The position numbers and the translations under genes are program-made. From Spirochaetaceae bacterium (lineage in GTDB: Bacteria > Spirochaetota > Spirochaetia > DSM-27196 > SLAA01), in NCBI GenBank assembly GCA_003556605.1, contig PWQX01000284.1, positions 8,954 through 72,953 on the forward strand: 64,000 bases of DNA. Reading direction: 5' to 3'. This document shows, piece after piece, positions 18,532 through 27,619 of the stretch. Within the stretch, counting starts at the first letter, position 1. Every line of letters starts with the position of its first letter. A model generated the notes under the pieces. That model searched no databases and was not told where the DNA came from. It worked only from the letters and a program-made list of their open reading frames with translations.

Positions 18532-21500
18532 ATGAGCACACCCGAGTATCTTGCCGGCATCGACGTTGGCTCCACAACGGTAAAGATTGCGGTTGTGGAT
18601 CAGCGGACGCACGAGCTGCTGTACGCCGATTATCTGCGGCACAACGCGGCGCAGGCCGACACTGCGCGCGAGCTGCTCGAGACGGCGCACGAGCTGTTTC
18701 CCGAGGCTGAGTTCCGCCTTGCGGTGTGCGGCTCAGGGGGCAGCACGATTGCCGAACGCTTGGGGGCGTTTTTCATCCAGGAGGTGGTGGCCAACAGTCT
18801 TGCGATCAAGAAGCACCACCCTGAGACGCACGTGGCGATAGAGCTCGGGGGGCAGGATGCGAAGGTGATCTTTTTCCGCCGCGATGAGTCAAGCGGGGCG
18901 CTGGTGGCAAGCGACATGCGTATGAACGGCAGTTGCGCCGGCGGCACCGGGGCGTTTATCGACCAGGTGGCCGAGCTTCTGGGCGTCAGCGCCGAGGAGT
19001 TTGAGCCGCTGGCTGCCGGTGGGGCGCACGTGTACGAGATCTCGGGGCGCTGCGGGGTGTTTGCCAAGACCGACATTCAGCCGTTGCTGAACCAGGGGGT
19101 GAGCAAGCAGGATTTGGCGTTGAGCGCGTTTCACGCGATTGCCAAGCAGACCATCGGGGGGCTGGCGCAGGGGATGGAGATCAGCGCGCCGGTGGTGTTT
19201 GAAGGCGGGCCGCTTACCTTCAATCCCACCTTGATTCGGGTGTTTCAACAGCGTTTGGCGCTGAGCGACGAGCAGATCATCGTGCCCGATCGGCCTGAGA
19301 TCATTGTTGCCTACGGGGCGGCGCTGAGCGCACAAGTGATGTACGGGGACAAACCGTGTGAGTACCGCGGGCCTGCGGCACTGCAGCACGATGAGGCGGT
19401 GCCGGGCGCACGCCGCGGTGAGGCGGCAATAGGCGAAGACCGCGCGGGCGGCGTACCGCCGGCTGCAGCCGGCGGCGGTGAGCGTGACGAGGAGCCCGGT
19501 AGGCGGTTTTTCACGGCGGCTGCTGAGCGCGAAGCGTTTGAGGCGCGTTACCCCAAGGGTGAGTTCCACCCCGCTGAGTATGCCGCGGGTGAGCGCGTGG
19601 GGGTGTACATCGGCATTGACGCGGGAAGCACTACCACAAAGTTTGTGTTGTTGGATCAAACGGAGCGCGTGGTGAACCTGTTTTACTCGGGCAACCACGG
19701 TGATCCGCTTGAGGTAATCCGGGGTGCACTGATTGAGATGCGCGAGGCCTACGCAGCGCAAGGGGTGCAGCTTGAGATCTTAGGGGTGGGCACCACCGGC
19801 TACGGCGAGGGGCTGTTTGCCGCCGCCTTCGGCGCCGATTATCACACGGTGGAGACGGTAGCCCACGCGGAGGCCGCGCAGAAGTGGGCCCGCGACGCCG
19901 AGCACCCTGAGGGGGCGAGCTTCGTACTTGATATCGGCGGGCAGGATATGAAAGCGATCAATCTCAAAGGGGGTATCGTCACCGGCATTGTGCTCAACGA
20001 GGCGTGTTCAGCCGGCTGCGGGAGCTTTGTGGAGACCTACGCGCGCAGCCTCGGGGTACCGGTGGACCAGATCGCCCCGCTTGCCTTTGCCGCTGAAAAC
20101 CCGAGTCGACTCGGCAGCCGCTGCACCGTGTTTATGAACTCTTCAATTATCACCGAGCAGAAGAACGGGCGCACAAGTGAGGACATTCTTGCCGGCATTT
20201 GCCGCTCGATTGTGGAAAACGTGTTCACCAAAGTGGTGCGCGTTTCCAATCTGCACCAGCTCGGCGATCGCGTGGTGGCACAGGGCGGCACCTTTAAGAA
20301 CGATGCGGTGCTGCGTGCGTTCGAGCAGTACATCGGCATACCGGTGGTACGCCCGCCGTTTCCCGGCGAGATGGGGGCGATCGGCATTGCGCTGTTGACC
20401 AAGCAGCACATGCAGGAGCGGGCGGCTGCCGCGCGCCGCCGCGGGGAACTTGGTGAGACCGAGCGTCTGAGCTCACAGTTCATTGGGCTCGAGCACCTTG
20501 AAGATTTCAGCTACCACAAGCAGCCGGGGGTGGTGTGTGAGTTCTGCTCAAACAGCTGCCGGCGCACGGTGGTCAGCTTTTCCGACGGGCGGCGCTATAT
20601 TACCGGCAATCGCTGCGAGCGCGGGCAGATTCTCGGCGAGAGCAGCGACCCTGAGGTGAAGCAGCAGCTTGCCGAAGCTGGACGCAAGCTGCAGGCGGTG
20701 CCGGACATGATGGCGCTGCACGGCAGGCTCCTCACCCGCCCCTACTCAGCGGAGCGCTATCTCGCACCGCGGGGTGTGAAGGTGGGGCTGCCGCGGGCGC
20801 TTGAGTTCTGGAACAGCCTGCCGTACTGGCGCACGGTGTTTGAGACGCTCGGCTTTGAGGTGCTGATTTCAAGCCCCTCCACCTACGAGACCTTTGAGTC
20901 GGGACTGGCCGGGGTGCCCTCCGACACGGTGTGTTTCCCCGCCAAGCTCGCTCACGGGCACGTGCAGGAGCTCATCCACCGCGGCGCGCACCGCATCTTC
21001 ATGCCGATGATGATCCGCATGCCCAAAGAGAACAAAGGTGCCGTCGGTACTGCAGTCTGCCCGGTATTGCAGGGCTACCCGGCGGTAATACACCACAGCG
21101 ACGAACCGTACGCACGCTGCGGCGTGCGCTTCGACCACCCCACGTTTCACTGGTACAACGAAAAGCTGCGCCGCCGGCAAACCGAGGAGTTCATGCGTGA
21201 GGCCTTTCGGCTACCCGCTTCGGCGATACGCAGAGCGGTTGCTGCGGGGGAACGTGCGTTGGCTGAGTTTCGCTTCTCGTTACTGCAGGAGGGGCAGAAG
21301 ACGCTCGAACAACTACGCGAAGAGGACAAATTCGGGGTTGTTCTTGCCGGGCGCCCCTATCACGCCGACCAGCTGGTAAACCATCAGCTTGCGCGCCACT
21401 TCACCGCAGCCGGCATCCCGGTACTCACGCTCGACAGCCTTGCGGGCCTAACTACGGCAGATACTTCCGGGAGCACCATGGACAGCTACGTCCCGTTTCA

Positions 21501-23094
21501 CACCCGCATGCTCGCCGCCGCCACGGTAGTGGCACAGCGTCCTGAGCTTGAACTCGTGCAGATCGTGAGCTTCGGCTGCGGACACGACGCCATAATCTCC
21601 GACGAGATGACCCGCTTGCTGCACGAGCAGGGCGATAAAGAGCTGCTGGTGTTGAAGCTCGACGAAGGCGAGGCGGTAGGACCGCTGTCGATTCGCATAC
21701 GTAGCTTCATCGAAACCGTCACTGCTCGGAGGCGCACGCGGGCCGCTACGGCGGCACCCCAAAGCGAGAAAACATATGACCCGTTTTCGGTGAAGTTCAC
21801 CCGAGCTGACAAGAAACAACGCGTGATCCTCGGACCGAACCTCTCGCCGGCATTCACGCGCGTGCTGGGAGCGGTAATCGCCAAGCAAGGCTATCGCATC
21901 GAACCGCTTGAGGTTGCCGGACCGCGGGCCTTTGAGCTCGGCAAGCAGTACGTCCACAACGACATCTGCTTTCCGGCACAAGTTAATGTCGGTGAGGTGC
22001 TCGCGCACCTCGAACGCCAAGGGGGGCCGGCGGCGGGGGTCGGCAAGCGCTACGCGGTTGGCCTGGCCAAGAATTGCGATGCGTGTCGCGCGGGGCAATA
22101 CGCCGGACTCGCGCGCAAAGCGCTCGATGACGCGGGTTATGCGGACATCCCGATCGTCACTACCGGTGACGACAACAAAGGCATGCATCCCGGATTTCGA
22201 CTCTCCCCGCTGTTTCAGCTCCGCAGCCTCTGGGGGCTCGCTATCGCCGACCAGCTTGAGCTCATGCGCAGGCGCATCCGCCCCTACGAGCGCCGCACGG
22301 GCGATGCTGATGCTGTGTTCGAGCAGCAGCTTTCAAATCTTACCGCCGCGATCGCTCGCAACTACCGTGCTGCGCTCACGGAGCTGCAAGCCGCCGTGAC
22401 CGCCTTCAACAGCATTCCCGTGCGTAATATCGCTCGCAAACCCCGCGTGGGAATCACCGGCGAGATCCTGATGAAATATCATCCAACCGCCAACGGCGAG
22501 GTGGAGCGTTACCTTGAAGAGCACAGAATGGAGGTGGTTCTGCCGGGCATGCTTGATTTCTTCCGTCGCGAGCACACAATCAACGCCGAGCTCGGGCGCC
22601 GCGGACACGTGCCCAACGCGTTTCTCGCAACCCTGTTCGCCGACATCGGCGAGCACGCCTTTGCATTCGCCGAGCGCCGCGTCAACGCAATAATGCGTGA
22701 GTTTGCGTTCTACGAAACACCCCACACGCTTGACCGCCTGCAGCAGCACTTACCCGGGCTCCTGGACCCCACCTTCATCTCCGGCGAAGGCTGGCTGATC
22801 GCAGCCGAAATGGCTGAGCTGGCCGAGCACGGAGTAAACTCCTTCGTGATCCTCAACCCATTCGGGTGTATGCCCAATCACATCTCAGGGCGAGGCATGA
22901 TCAAGGCGATCAAGAAGCGTTACCCCCACGTTCAGATCCTCGCGCTGGATTATGACCCTGACACCAGCTTCGCCAACATCGAGAACCGGCTGCAGATGCT
23001 CGTGATCAACGCACGCGAGCTTGAAAACCAGGCGCTTGCGTCTCAGACCCGACGCGCCGGTGAAGCGGCGCTGCAAACCGAGCAGAGCTTGTAA
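18532..23094 (+). CDS. fused double BcrAD/BadFG (HgdC-type) activase + 2-hydroxyacyl-CoA dehydratase-like/DUF2229-type protein (PlsA/PlsR-like)
   Basis: Two ATPase modules (GIDVGSTTVK and GIDAGSTTTK), each with a Cys pair 39 residues apart. A Cys-rich CEFCSNSCRR...GNRCERG segment follows, then a roughly 800-aa C-terminal region. Confidence 0.75.
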   Translation: MSTPEYLAGIDVGSTTVKIAVVDQRTHELLYADYLRHNAAQADTARELLETAHELFPEAEFRLAVCGSGGSTIAERLGAFFIQEVVANSLAIKKHHPETHVAIELGGQDAKVIFFRRDESSGALVASDMRMNGSCAGGTGAFIDQVAELLGVSAEEFEPLAAGGAHVYEISGRCGVFAKTDIQPLLNQGVSKQDLALSAFHAIAKQTIGGLAQGMEISAPVVFEGGPLTFNPTLIRVFQQRLALSDEQIIVPDRPEIIVAYGAALSAQVMYGDKPCEYRGPAALQHDEAVPGARRGEAAIGEDRAGGVPPAAAGGGERDEEPGRRFFTAAAEREAFEARYPKGEFHPAEYAAGERVGVYIGIDAGSTTTKFVLLDQTERVVNLFYSGNHGDPLEVIRGALIEMREAYAAQGVQLEILGVGTTGYGEGLFAAAFGADYHTVETVAHAEAAQKWARDAEHPEGASFVLDIGGQDMKAINLKGGIVTGIVLNEACSAGCGSFVETYARSLGVPVDQIAPLAFAAENPSRLGSRCTVFMNSSIITEQKNGRTSEDILAGICRSIVENVFTKVVRVSNLHQLGDRVVAQGGTFKNDAVLRAFEQYIGIPVVRPPFPGEMGAIGIALLTKQHMQERAAAARRRGELGETERLSSQFIGLEHLEDFSYHKQPGVVCEFCSNSCRRTVVSFSDGRRYITGNRCERGQILGESSDPEVKQQLAEAGRKLQAVPDMMALHGRLLTRPYSAERYLAPRGVKVGLPRALEFWNSLPYWRTVFETLGFEVLISSPSTYETFESGLAGVPSDTVCFPAKLAHGHVQELIHRGAHRIFMPMMIRMPKENKGAVGTAVCPVLQGYPAVIHHSDEPYARCGVRFDHPTFHWYNEKLRRRQTEEFMREAFRLPASAIRRAVAAGERALAEFRFSLLQEGQKTLEQLREEDKFGVVLAGRPYHADQLVNHQLARHFTAAGIPVLTLDSLAGLTTADTSGSTMDSYVPFHTRMLAAATVVAQRPELELVQIVSFGCGHDAIISDEMTRLLHEQGDKELLVLKLDEGEAVGPLSIRIRSFIETVTARRRTRAATAAPQSEKTYDPFSVKFTRADKKQRVILGPNLSPAFTRVLGAVIAKQGYRIEPLEVAGPRAFELGKQYVHNDICFPAQVNVGEVLAHLERQGGPAAGVGKRYAVGLAKNCDACRAGQYAGLARKALDDAGYADIPIVTTGDDNKGMHPGFRLSPLFQLRSLWGLAIADQLELMRRRIRPYERRTGDADAVFEQQLSNLTAAIARNYRAALTELQAAVTAFNSIPVRNIARKPRVGITGEILMKYHPTANGEVERYLEEHRMEVVLPGMLDFFRREHTINAELGRRGHVPNAFLATLFADIGEHAFAFAERRVNAIMREFAFYETPHTLDRLQQHLPGLLDPTFISGEGWLIAAEMAELAEHGVNSFVILNPFGCMPNHISGRGMIKAIKKRYPHVQILALDYDPDTSFANIENRLQMLVINARELENQALASQTRRAGEAALQTEQSL

Positions 23095-23102
23095 CGGTAC
23101 CT

Positions 23103-24323
23103 ATGAATATCGCAGTGTTCACCGACACCTACCGGCCGGAAATCAACGGTGTGGTGACATCGATCGACATCTTTCGCAGACAGCTCGAGGAGAACGGGCA
23201 CGCGGTTTATCTGTTTTGTCCGCGTTACTTCGACCGCGACGATCCCGACCCCAAGGTGTACCACTTTCCTTCGACACCGTACCTGTTCAAGATGATGACC
23301 GAGCGGCGCTTCGCGTACCCGTCGCTACCGGTCTTTCGCGCGATCTCGAAGCTTGACATCGACATTATCCACTCGCAGGTGCCCGGAAACATAGGCGCGT
23401 ACGCGCTGCTCATCAGCCGTTTGCGGCGTATTCCGCACGTCCACACCTATCACACGTTGTTCATGGAGTACACGCATTACATGCCGCTGCCGCAGGGCCT
23501 TGCCCGCTATTTGGTCGCGTTGATTTCGCGACGGTTTTGCGGGCGTTGCCAGCGCGTGATCTCACCGAGTCGCCGGGTGAAGGACGAGCTCCTGCGTTAC
23601 GGTGTGGATGCACCGATCGATGTGATTCCAACCGGAATCGACGTTCGTCGCCACCGCGTGATTACACCGGCGGATGTGCTCCGCCGGCGTTACCGCATTC
23701 CCGAAGCCAAGCGTATGCTAATAATGGTAGGCCGTATCGGCCGCGAGAAGAACATCAGCTTCCTCCTGCGAGTTATACAGTTGCTGAAACAGCGCAGGAG
23801 CGACGTCTGCCTCGTGGTAGTGGGCGACGGTCCCGATCGGCCGCCGCTGCAGGTCGAGGTCGCCGAGCTGGGCTTGCAAGACGAGGTGGTGTTCACCGGC
23901 TACGTCACGCGCGACGAGGTGTTTTCGTTCTTCAAGGCGAGCTCGATCTTCACCTTCGCTTCGGTCACCGAGACGCAGGGCCTGGTGTTACTCGAAGCGA
24001 TGTCCATGGGTACTCCAGCAGTCGCCGTTGACGCAATGGGGGTCTCGGATTTGATGGCCGATGGCCGCGGAGGATTCGCGTGCCGGCTTGACCACCGGGA
24101 GTTCGCGGCGCACGTGGAGGAACTGCTCGACGACCGTGAGCTATACCGGCATAAGAGCGCAGAAGCGACGGCCAAAGCTCACGAGTGGTCGGTCGAGCAG
24201 ATGACCGATCGACTGCTCATCAGCTTCGAGCGGGCGATTGCGGACTTCAAAGCCTATGGACATGTCCGCTGCGGTAAACGCCCGCGGCATATCGCCGCCC
24301 AGCCGGACCCGGGCGGCAGCTGA
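23103..24323 (+). CDS. GT4 glycosyltransferase, monoglycosyl-diacylglycerol synthase-like
   Basis: MNIAVFTDTYRPEINGVVTSI...GHAVYLF N-terminus, typical of the lipid MGS/CpoA-like GT4 subfamily. It starts 8 nt after the upstream stop. Confidence 0.75.
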   Translation: MNIAVFTDTYRPEINGVVTSIDIFRRQLEENGHAVYLFCPRYFDRDDPDPKVYHFPSTPYLFKMMTERRFAYPSLPVFRAISKLDIDIIHSQVPGNIGAYALLISRLRRIPHVHTYHTLFMEYTHYMPLPQGLARYLVALISRRFCGRCQRVISPSRRVKDELLRYGVDAPIDVIPTGIDVRRHRVITPADVLRRRYRIPEAKRMLIMVGRIGREKNISFLLRVIQLLKQRRSDVCLVVVGDGPDRPPLQVEVAELGLQDEVVFTGYVTRDEVFSFFKASSIFTFASVTETQGLVLLEAMSMGTPAVAVDAMGVSDLMADGRGGFACRLDHREFAAHVEELLDDRELYRHKSAEATAKAHEWSVEQMTDRLLISFERAIADFKAYGHVRCGKRPRHIAAQPDPGGS

Positions 24324-24464
24324 GCCGCACGCAGGCGGCCGAGCGCGACACCGGCGGCACTCCCGCCATCCACGAAACCTATTGAGTCCCGGTAGCATTC
24401 GCGGCGTTTGAGCGCGGCGTTTGGCTCGAGCTCAGCGCTTGAGTGTCGCCGGTAGCTGCACCAT

Positions 24465-26303
24465 TCACCAACGCAGCGACAGCCAACTAGCCCACTGCAG
24501 ATCGAACTCAAGATCGCGGTTGCGCTGATCTTCCCCCGGTCGCCGGCGGTTCCATGTCCAGATACCTGCGAGATGCGTCCCGAGCTCGAGCTCACCGCCG
24601 AACGGGGTGAACAGCGGGCGGGGCCACAGCGCACCCGGGCGCAGACTGCCCTCCGCCTCCAAAGCGCTGCTCCATTCGGGGTTCGAGCCGGTGGGTGACC
24701 ACCCCGACCTGTCACCCGCTTCGTAATCGTCGTCAAAAGTGTCGCGGTACAGATCGCGCCCGCCCTTACCGCGCAGCGATGCACGCCCGAGTATCTCAAA
24801 CTCGGCCGGTCTTTCGTAACCAAGCGTCAAGAACAGCCCCACAAAGTCCGGGCCCGCCCAGTATCCCAGCGGCTTTTCTACCGTGACATCACGCGTGCCG
24901 ATGTGTTCGGTCTGGAGGCGGCGCGAATGCGTTAAGCTGGTGTAGTGCTGATTATGCGTATACAGCCACGGGTTCGTGTAGACCGCCTCCAGCCCCGATA
25001 CCACATACCCTTTTCGCTTCGGAAAGCGCGTATCGAGTCCCACCAAGGCGCCCCACGCGTTAGGATCGTCCTCAACGTTACCACCGTGAAGCGCTTCAAG
25101 CATTAATGAGTTAAAGGCGTACTCACCGTACAGTCGCCAACGGGGCGCAAGTGCAAAGTCGAACTCAAACCCGGCTATGATCGAAGAGTCCCGCTTGCGA
25201 ATGAAGTGGTTGTGGAACAACATAATGGGGTGCAGGTAGCGCAGCTCCATCGATTCCTTGGCAATGAGATAGACTTCGTTCGCCGCCAAGTTAAGCCGCT
25301 CGGTCGGCCGGAACTCAATACGATGCCCGATATAGTTACGCTCGCGACGGCGCCCCTGATTGTCGTTCGCACTGCCGTTTTCGTCGGTCGTTATTCCCGG
25401 GGCGTTAATCCAGAAGTAGCTGTACTTGAATCGCTCAAAGAACGTGCTGAGACGCAGCGCCTCATGGTAATCCGCGTAGTCGGACACCACCAAGGTTCCA
25501 CTACGCCCGGGACCCCACGCGATCACGTCACGCCCAAACTGCGCGCCCCAGTAATCGCCGCCCACCGCTACGAAAGAGCGAAACGGGAATTGAGGATCCA
25601 GCGCCTCGAACCTGCTCGGGAAGTTGCTGCGCGGGTCGGGGTTGGGGGTGTCGGGCGGCTCGCGCTGTCCGCCGTCATCGTCGCGTAGCGACTCCCACAA
25701 CTCCCGGGTCATATAGTCGTCAAAGCTGTAGTAGTTCTTGCGAAGCGTGAGGTCCATACTAGCGTAAGCCGAGCTCAGCACCCAGACTTCCAGCGGGATA
25801 CTCAGAAGCGGCCGCCGCCGCTCGTAGCCGTACAGCCACGCAGTCTGGCCGGCAGCCGACTGCATATACGTTTCCAGGTTCACCTCAAGACCGGGCCGCA
25901 GACCCATCCCGAAACGCCCGTCGGGCAGTGTCTGTTCAAAGCGCGGTGCCGGCGCGAGTGCGGCTTCAATGCGATCGTACAACGCGCGCCCGGGCGCAGA
26001 GAGTGCCGCTCGCTCTACGCGCTCGAGGTTGCCCCGAATCTCGGAGCCGCTGTACGGGCCGCTCGCGAAAAGCGGTGCACGCCCCTGCTCGTTGAGAACC
26101 GCACGCAACCACTCAACAATCTTATCGTCGGCGGGATATATTTTTTGAAGATTCGGCCGCACCGGAGCCTCGGAGGCCGCCGGCTGCCGGGCCCCGAGAT
26201 CAACCGCCGGGACCGCGACCGCCGGCACGAGCACAAACATCGGCGCAAGAAGCACGCCGAGCCGGGCGAAACACACCCTCGTCAGCGACCGCAACACCGA
26301 CAC
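24465..26303 (-). CDS. putative outer-membrane beta-barrel protein
   Basis: N-terminal signal-like segment, alternating-pattern Tyr/Gly/Trp-rich sequence, and a C-terminal ...SLRW aromatic terminus. The GTG start is uncertain. Confidence 0.5.
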   Translation of the reverse strand: MSVLRSLTRVCFARLGVLLAPMFVLVPAVAVPAVDLGARQPAASEAPVRPNLQKIYPADDKIVEWLRAVLNEQGRAPLFASGPYSGSEIRGNLERVERAALSAPGRALYDRIEAALAPAPRFEQTLPDGRFGMGLRPGLEVNLETYMQSAAGQTAWLYGYERRRPLLSIPLEVWVLSSAYASMDLTLRKNYYSFDDYMTRELWESLRDDDGGQREPPDTPNPDPRSNFPSRFEALDPQFPFRSFVAVGGDYWGAQFGRDVIAWGPGRSGTLVVSDYADYHEALRLSTFFERFKYSYFWINAPGITTDENGSANDNQGRRRERNYIGHRIEFRPTERLNLAANEVYLIAKESMELRYLHPIMLFHNHFIRKRDSSIIAGFEFDFALAPRWRLYGEYAFNSLMLEALHGGNVEDDPNAWGALVGLDTRFPKRKGYVVSGLEAVYTNPWLYTHNQHYTSLTHSRRLQTEHIGTRDVTVEKPLGYWAGPDFVGLFLTLGYERPAEFEILGRASLRGKGGRDLYRDTFDDDYEAGDRSGWSPTGSNPEWSSALEAEGSLRPGALWPRPLFTPFGGELELGTHLAGIWTWNRRRPGEDQRNRDLEFDLQWASWLSLRW

Positions 26304-26504
26304 CCTGTCGTCTCCTCGCCACGTCCTCTCGCCAGCGCTGTTAAGATTAGCTGAACGCCCAGCAAGGTATTCCTGTTATACATGATCGAAGCACACCAGC
26401 ATCCGTATATTTTCACAGAACGCACTGCGTGTCCACGGCGGGTGCATTTATGTAACAGAACAAGTGCTTACCTCGGACTCAGTGCCCGCTCCGCCGGCGG
26501 TAAA

Positions 26505-26650
26505 GATTGGAAACTGGACCAAAGCTTGTGGTACGGGGTCAGCAAGACACCGGCCCCTGCCGGCTTTAACGCTTCGGGATGCCTGGCAAGCTCCGCAAGC
26601 TGAAGGCAGGCCGGCTAACTGGCGCGCCGCCAAGCGGTGTTTGGCCGCGG
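26505..26650. repeat. intergenic hairpin element, copy A (homologous to the reverse complement of the 58995-59153 element)
   Basis: The 57-nt core at 26564-26620 matches the reverse complement of 59046-59101 at 48 positions. The TIR-like ACTGGACCAAAGCTTGTG at 26513-26530 matches 16 of 18. The far end is degenerate. Confidence 0.65.
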
Positions 26651-26668
26651 CTGTGCAGAGCCGTACAC

Positions 26669-27598
26669 CTACAGCCCTCCAATCGGTGAGCGATAGTCAG
26701 TCGTGATTTCCAATAGCTCGCCGGCAAGCTCACGCCCCGATTGATAGTCCTGCCACAGGAACCGAGTGAGGTGACCCGGCACTTCGCGGGTTACCCACCA
26801 CTCGTATCGAAACCGCTCGTTGGTCTGGGCGTCTTCAAAGTCGTACACGAGGTAATCAACTTCAAACTCGCCCGCCGGCACTCGCAGCACGACGGTGTCT
26901 TGCAGCGCTTGCTGGTATTCGGCTGAGGTCAGGTATACTAGCGTTGAAATCCCGGCTTCTTCGAGCGCCCGGAGCTCATCTGAGTCACCCTCACCGAAGT
27001 GCCCGGCTTGATCGTAGTCGAACTCGTGAAACGACGGCTCATCTTCCGGGTCCTCCCGGTGCCACATCTCAACCGGAGTCTCGAACTCGTCTAAGCGGAC
27101 TTCACACTCGAATCGATACTGATCCTGCGAATACCGGATGTACCACCACTGCGACCTGTCGGGACCAACCCGCAATAATGCTCGTTCGGCCTCAAACGCT
27201 CCGAGCTTGGTTTCCCCTTCGCCCGCGGTAATACTCCAGCGCACGGCTTCGCCCTCGGAAAATCCATGATCTTCAACCCAGTATCCGCCGGCAAAGAACG
27301 TCTGGTTGTACGCGAGATTGAATACCGCAACCGTAGAGTATTCCTCCAGCTCAATTTCCTCATCGTCAATTGGTTGAACCGGCTCGCTAGGCTCATCCGG
27401 CTCGAGAGCATCCGGGTCTCTGTCCGGTTGTGCCGGCAGCTCATCGGCCGGAACATCCGCGACGCCGTTCGGATCGGTATTTGTATCCCGATTATTGCGT
27501 GCTTCAACAACCGTACACGCCACGAGGATTGCGCTGATAATCAACAGCGCGCACGGCGTCATGACGAGTCGTCTTCGAACCGGTGACTTCCGTAGCAT
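26669..27598 (-). CDS. acidic hypothetical lipoprotein
   Basis: Signal peptide with lipobox ILVAC and a D/E-rich mature region. It starts 21 nt after the valS stop. Confidence 0.55.
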   Translation of the reverse strand: MLRKSPVRRRLVMTPCALLIISAILVACTVVEARNNRDTNTDPNGVADVPADELPAQPDRDPDALEPDEPSEPVQPIDDEEIELEEYSTVAVFNLAYNQTFFAGGYWVEDHGFSEGEAVRWSITAGEGETKLGAFEAERALLRVGPDRSQWWYIRYSQDQYRFECEVRLDEFETPVEMWHREDPEDEPSFHEFDYDQAGHFGEGDSDELRALEEAGISTLVYLTSAEYQQALQDTVVLRVPAGEFEVDYLVYDFEDAQTNERFRYEWWVTREVPGHLTRFLWQDYQSGRELAGELLEITTDYRSPIGGL

Positions 27599-27619
27599 AT
27601 CGGACCTCCGTATTCGCCG

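Noticed and set aside
24401-24427. Direct repeat GCGGCGTTTG x2 between the convergent GT4 and OMP genes
   Set aside because: The repeat is only 10 nt and GC-rich, with no associated hairpin plus U-tract. It is compatible with chance.
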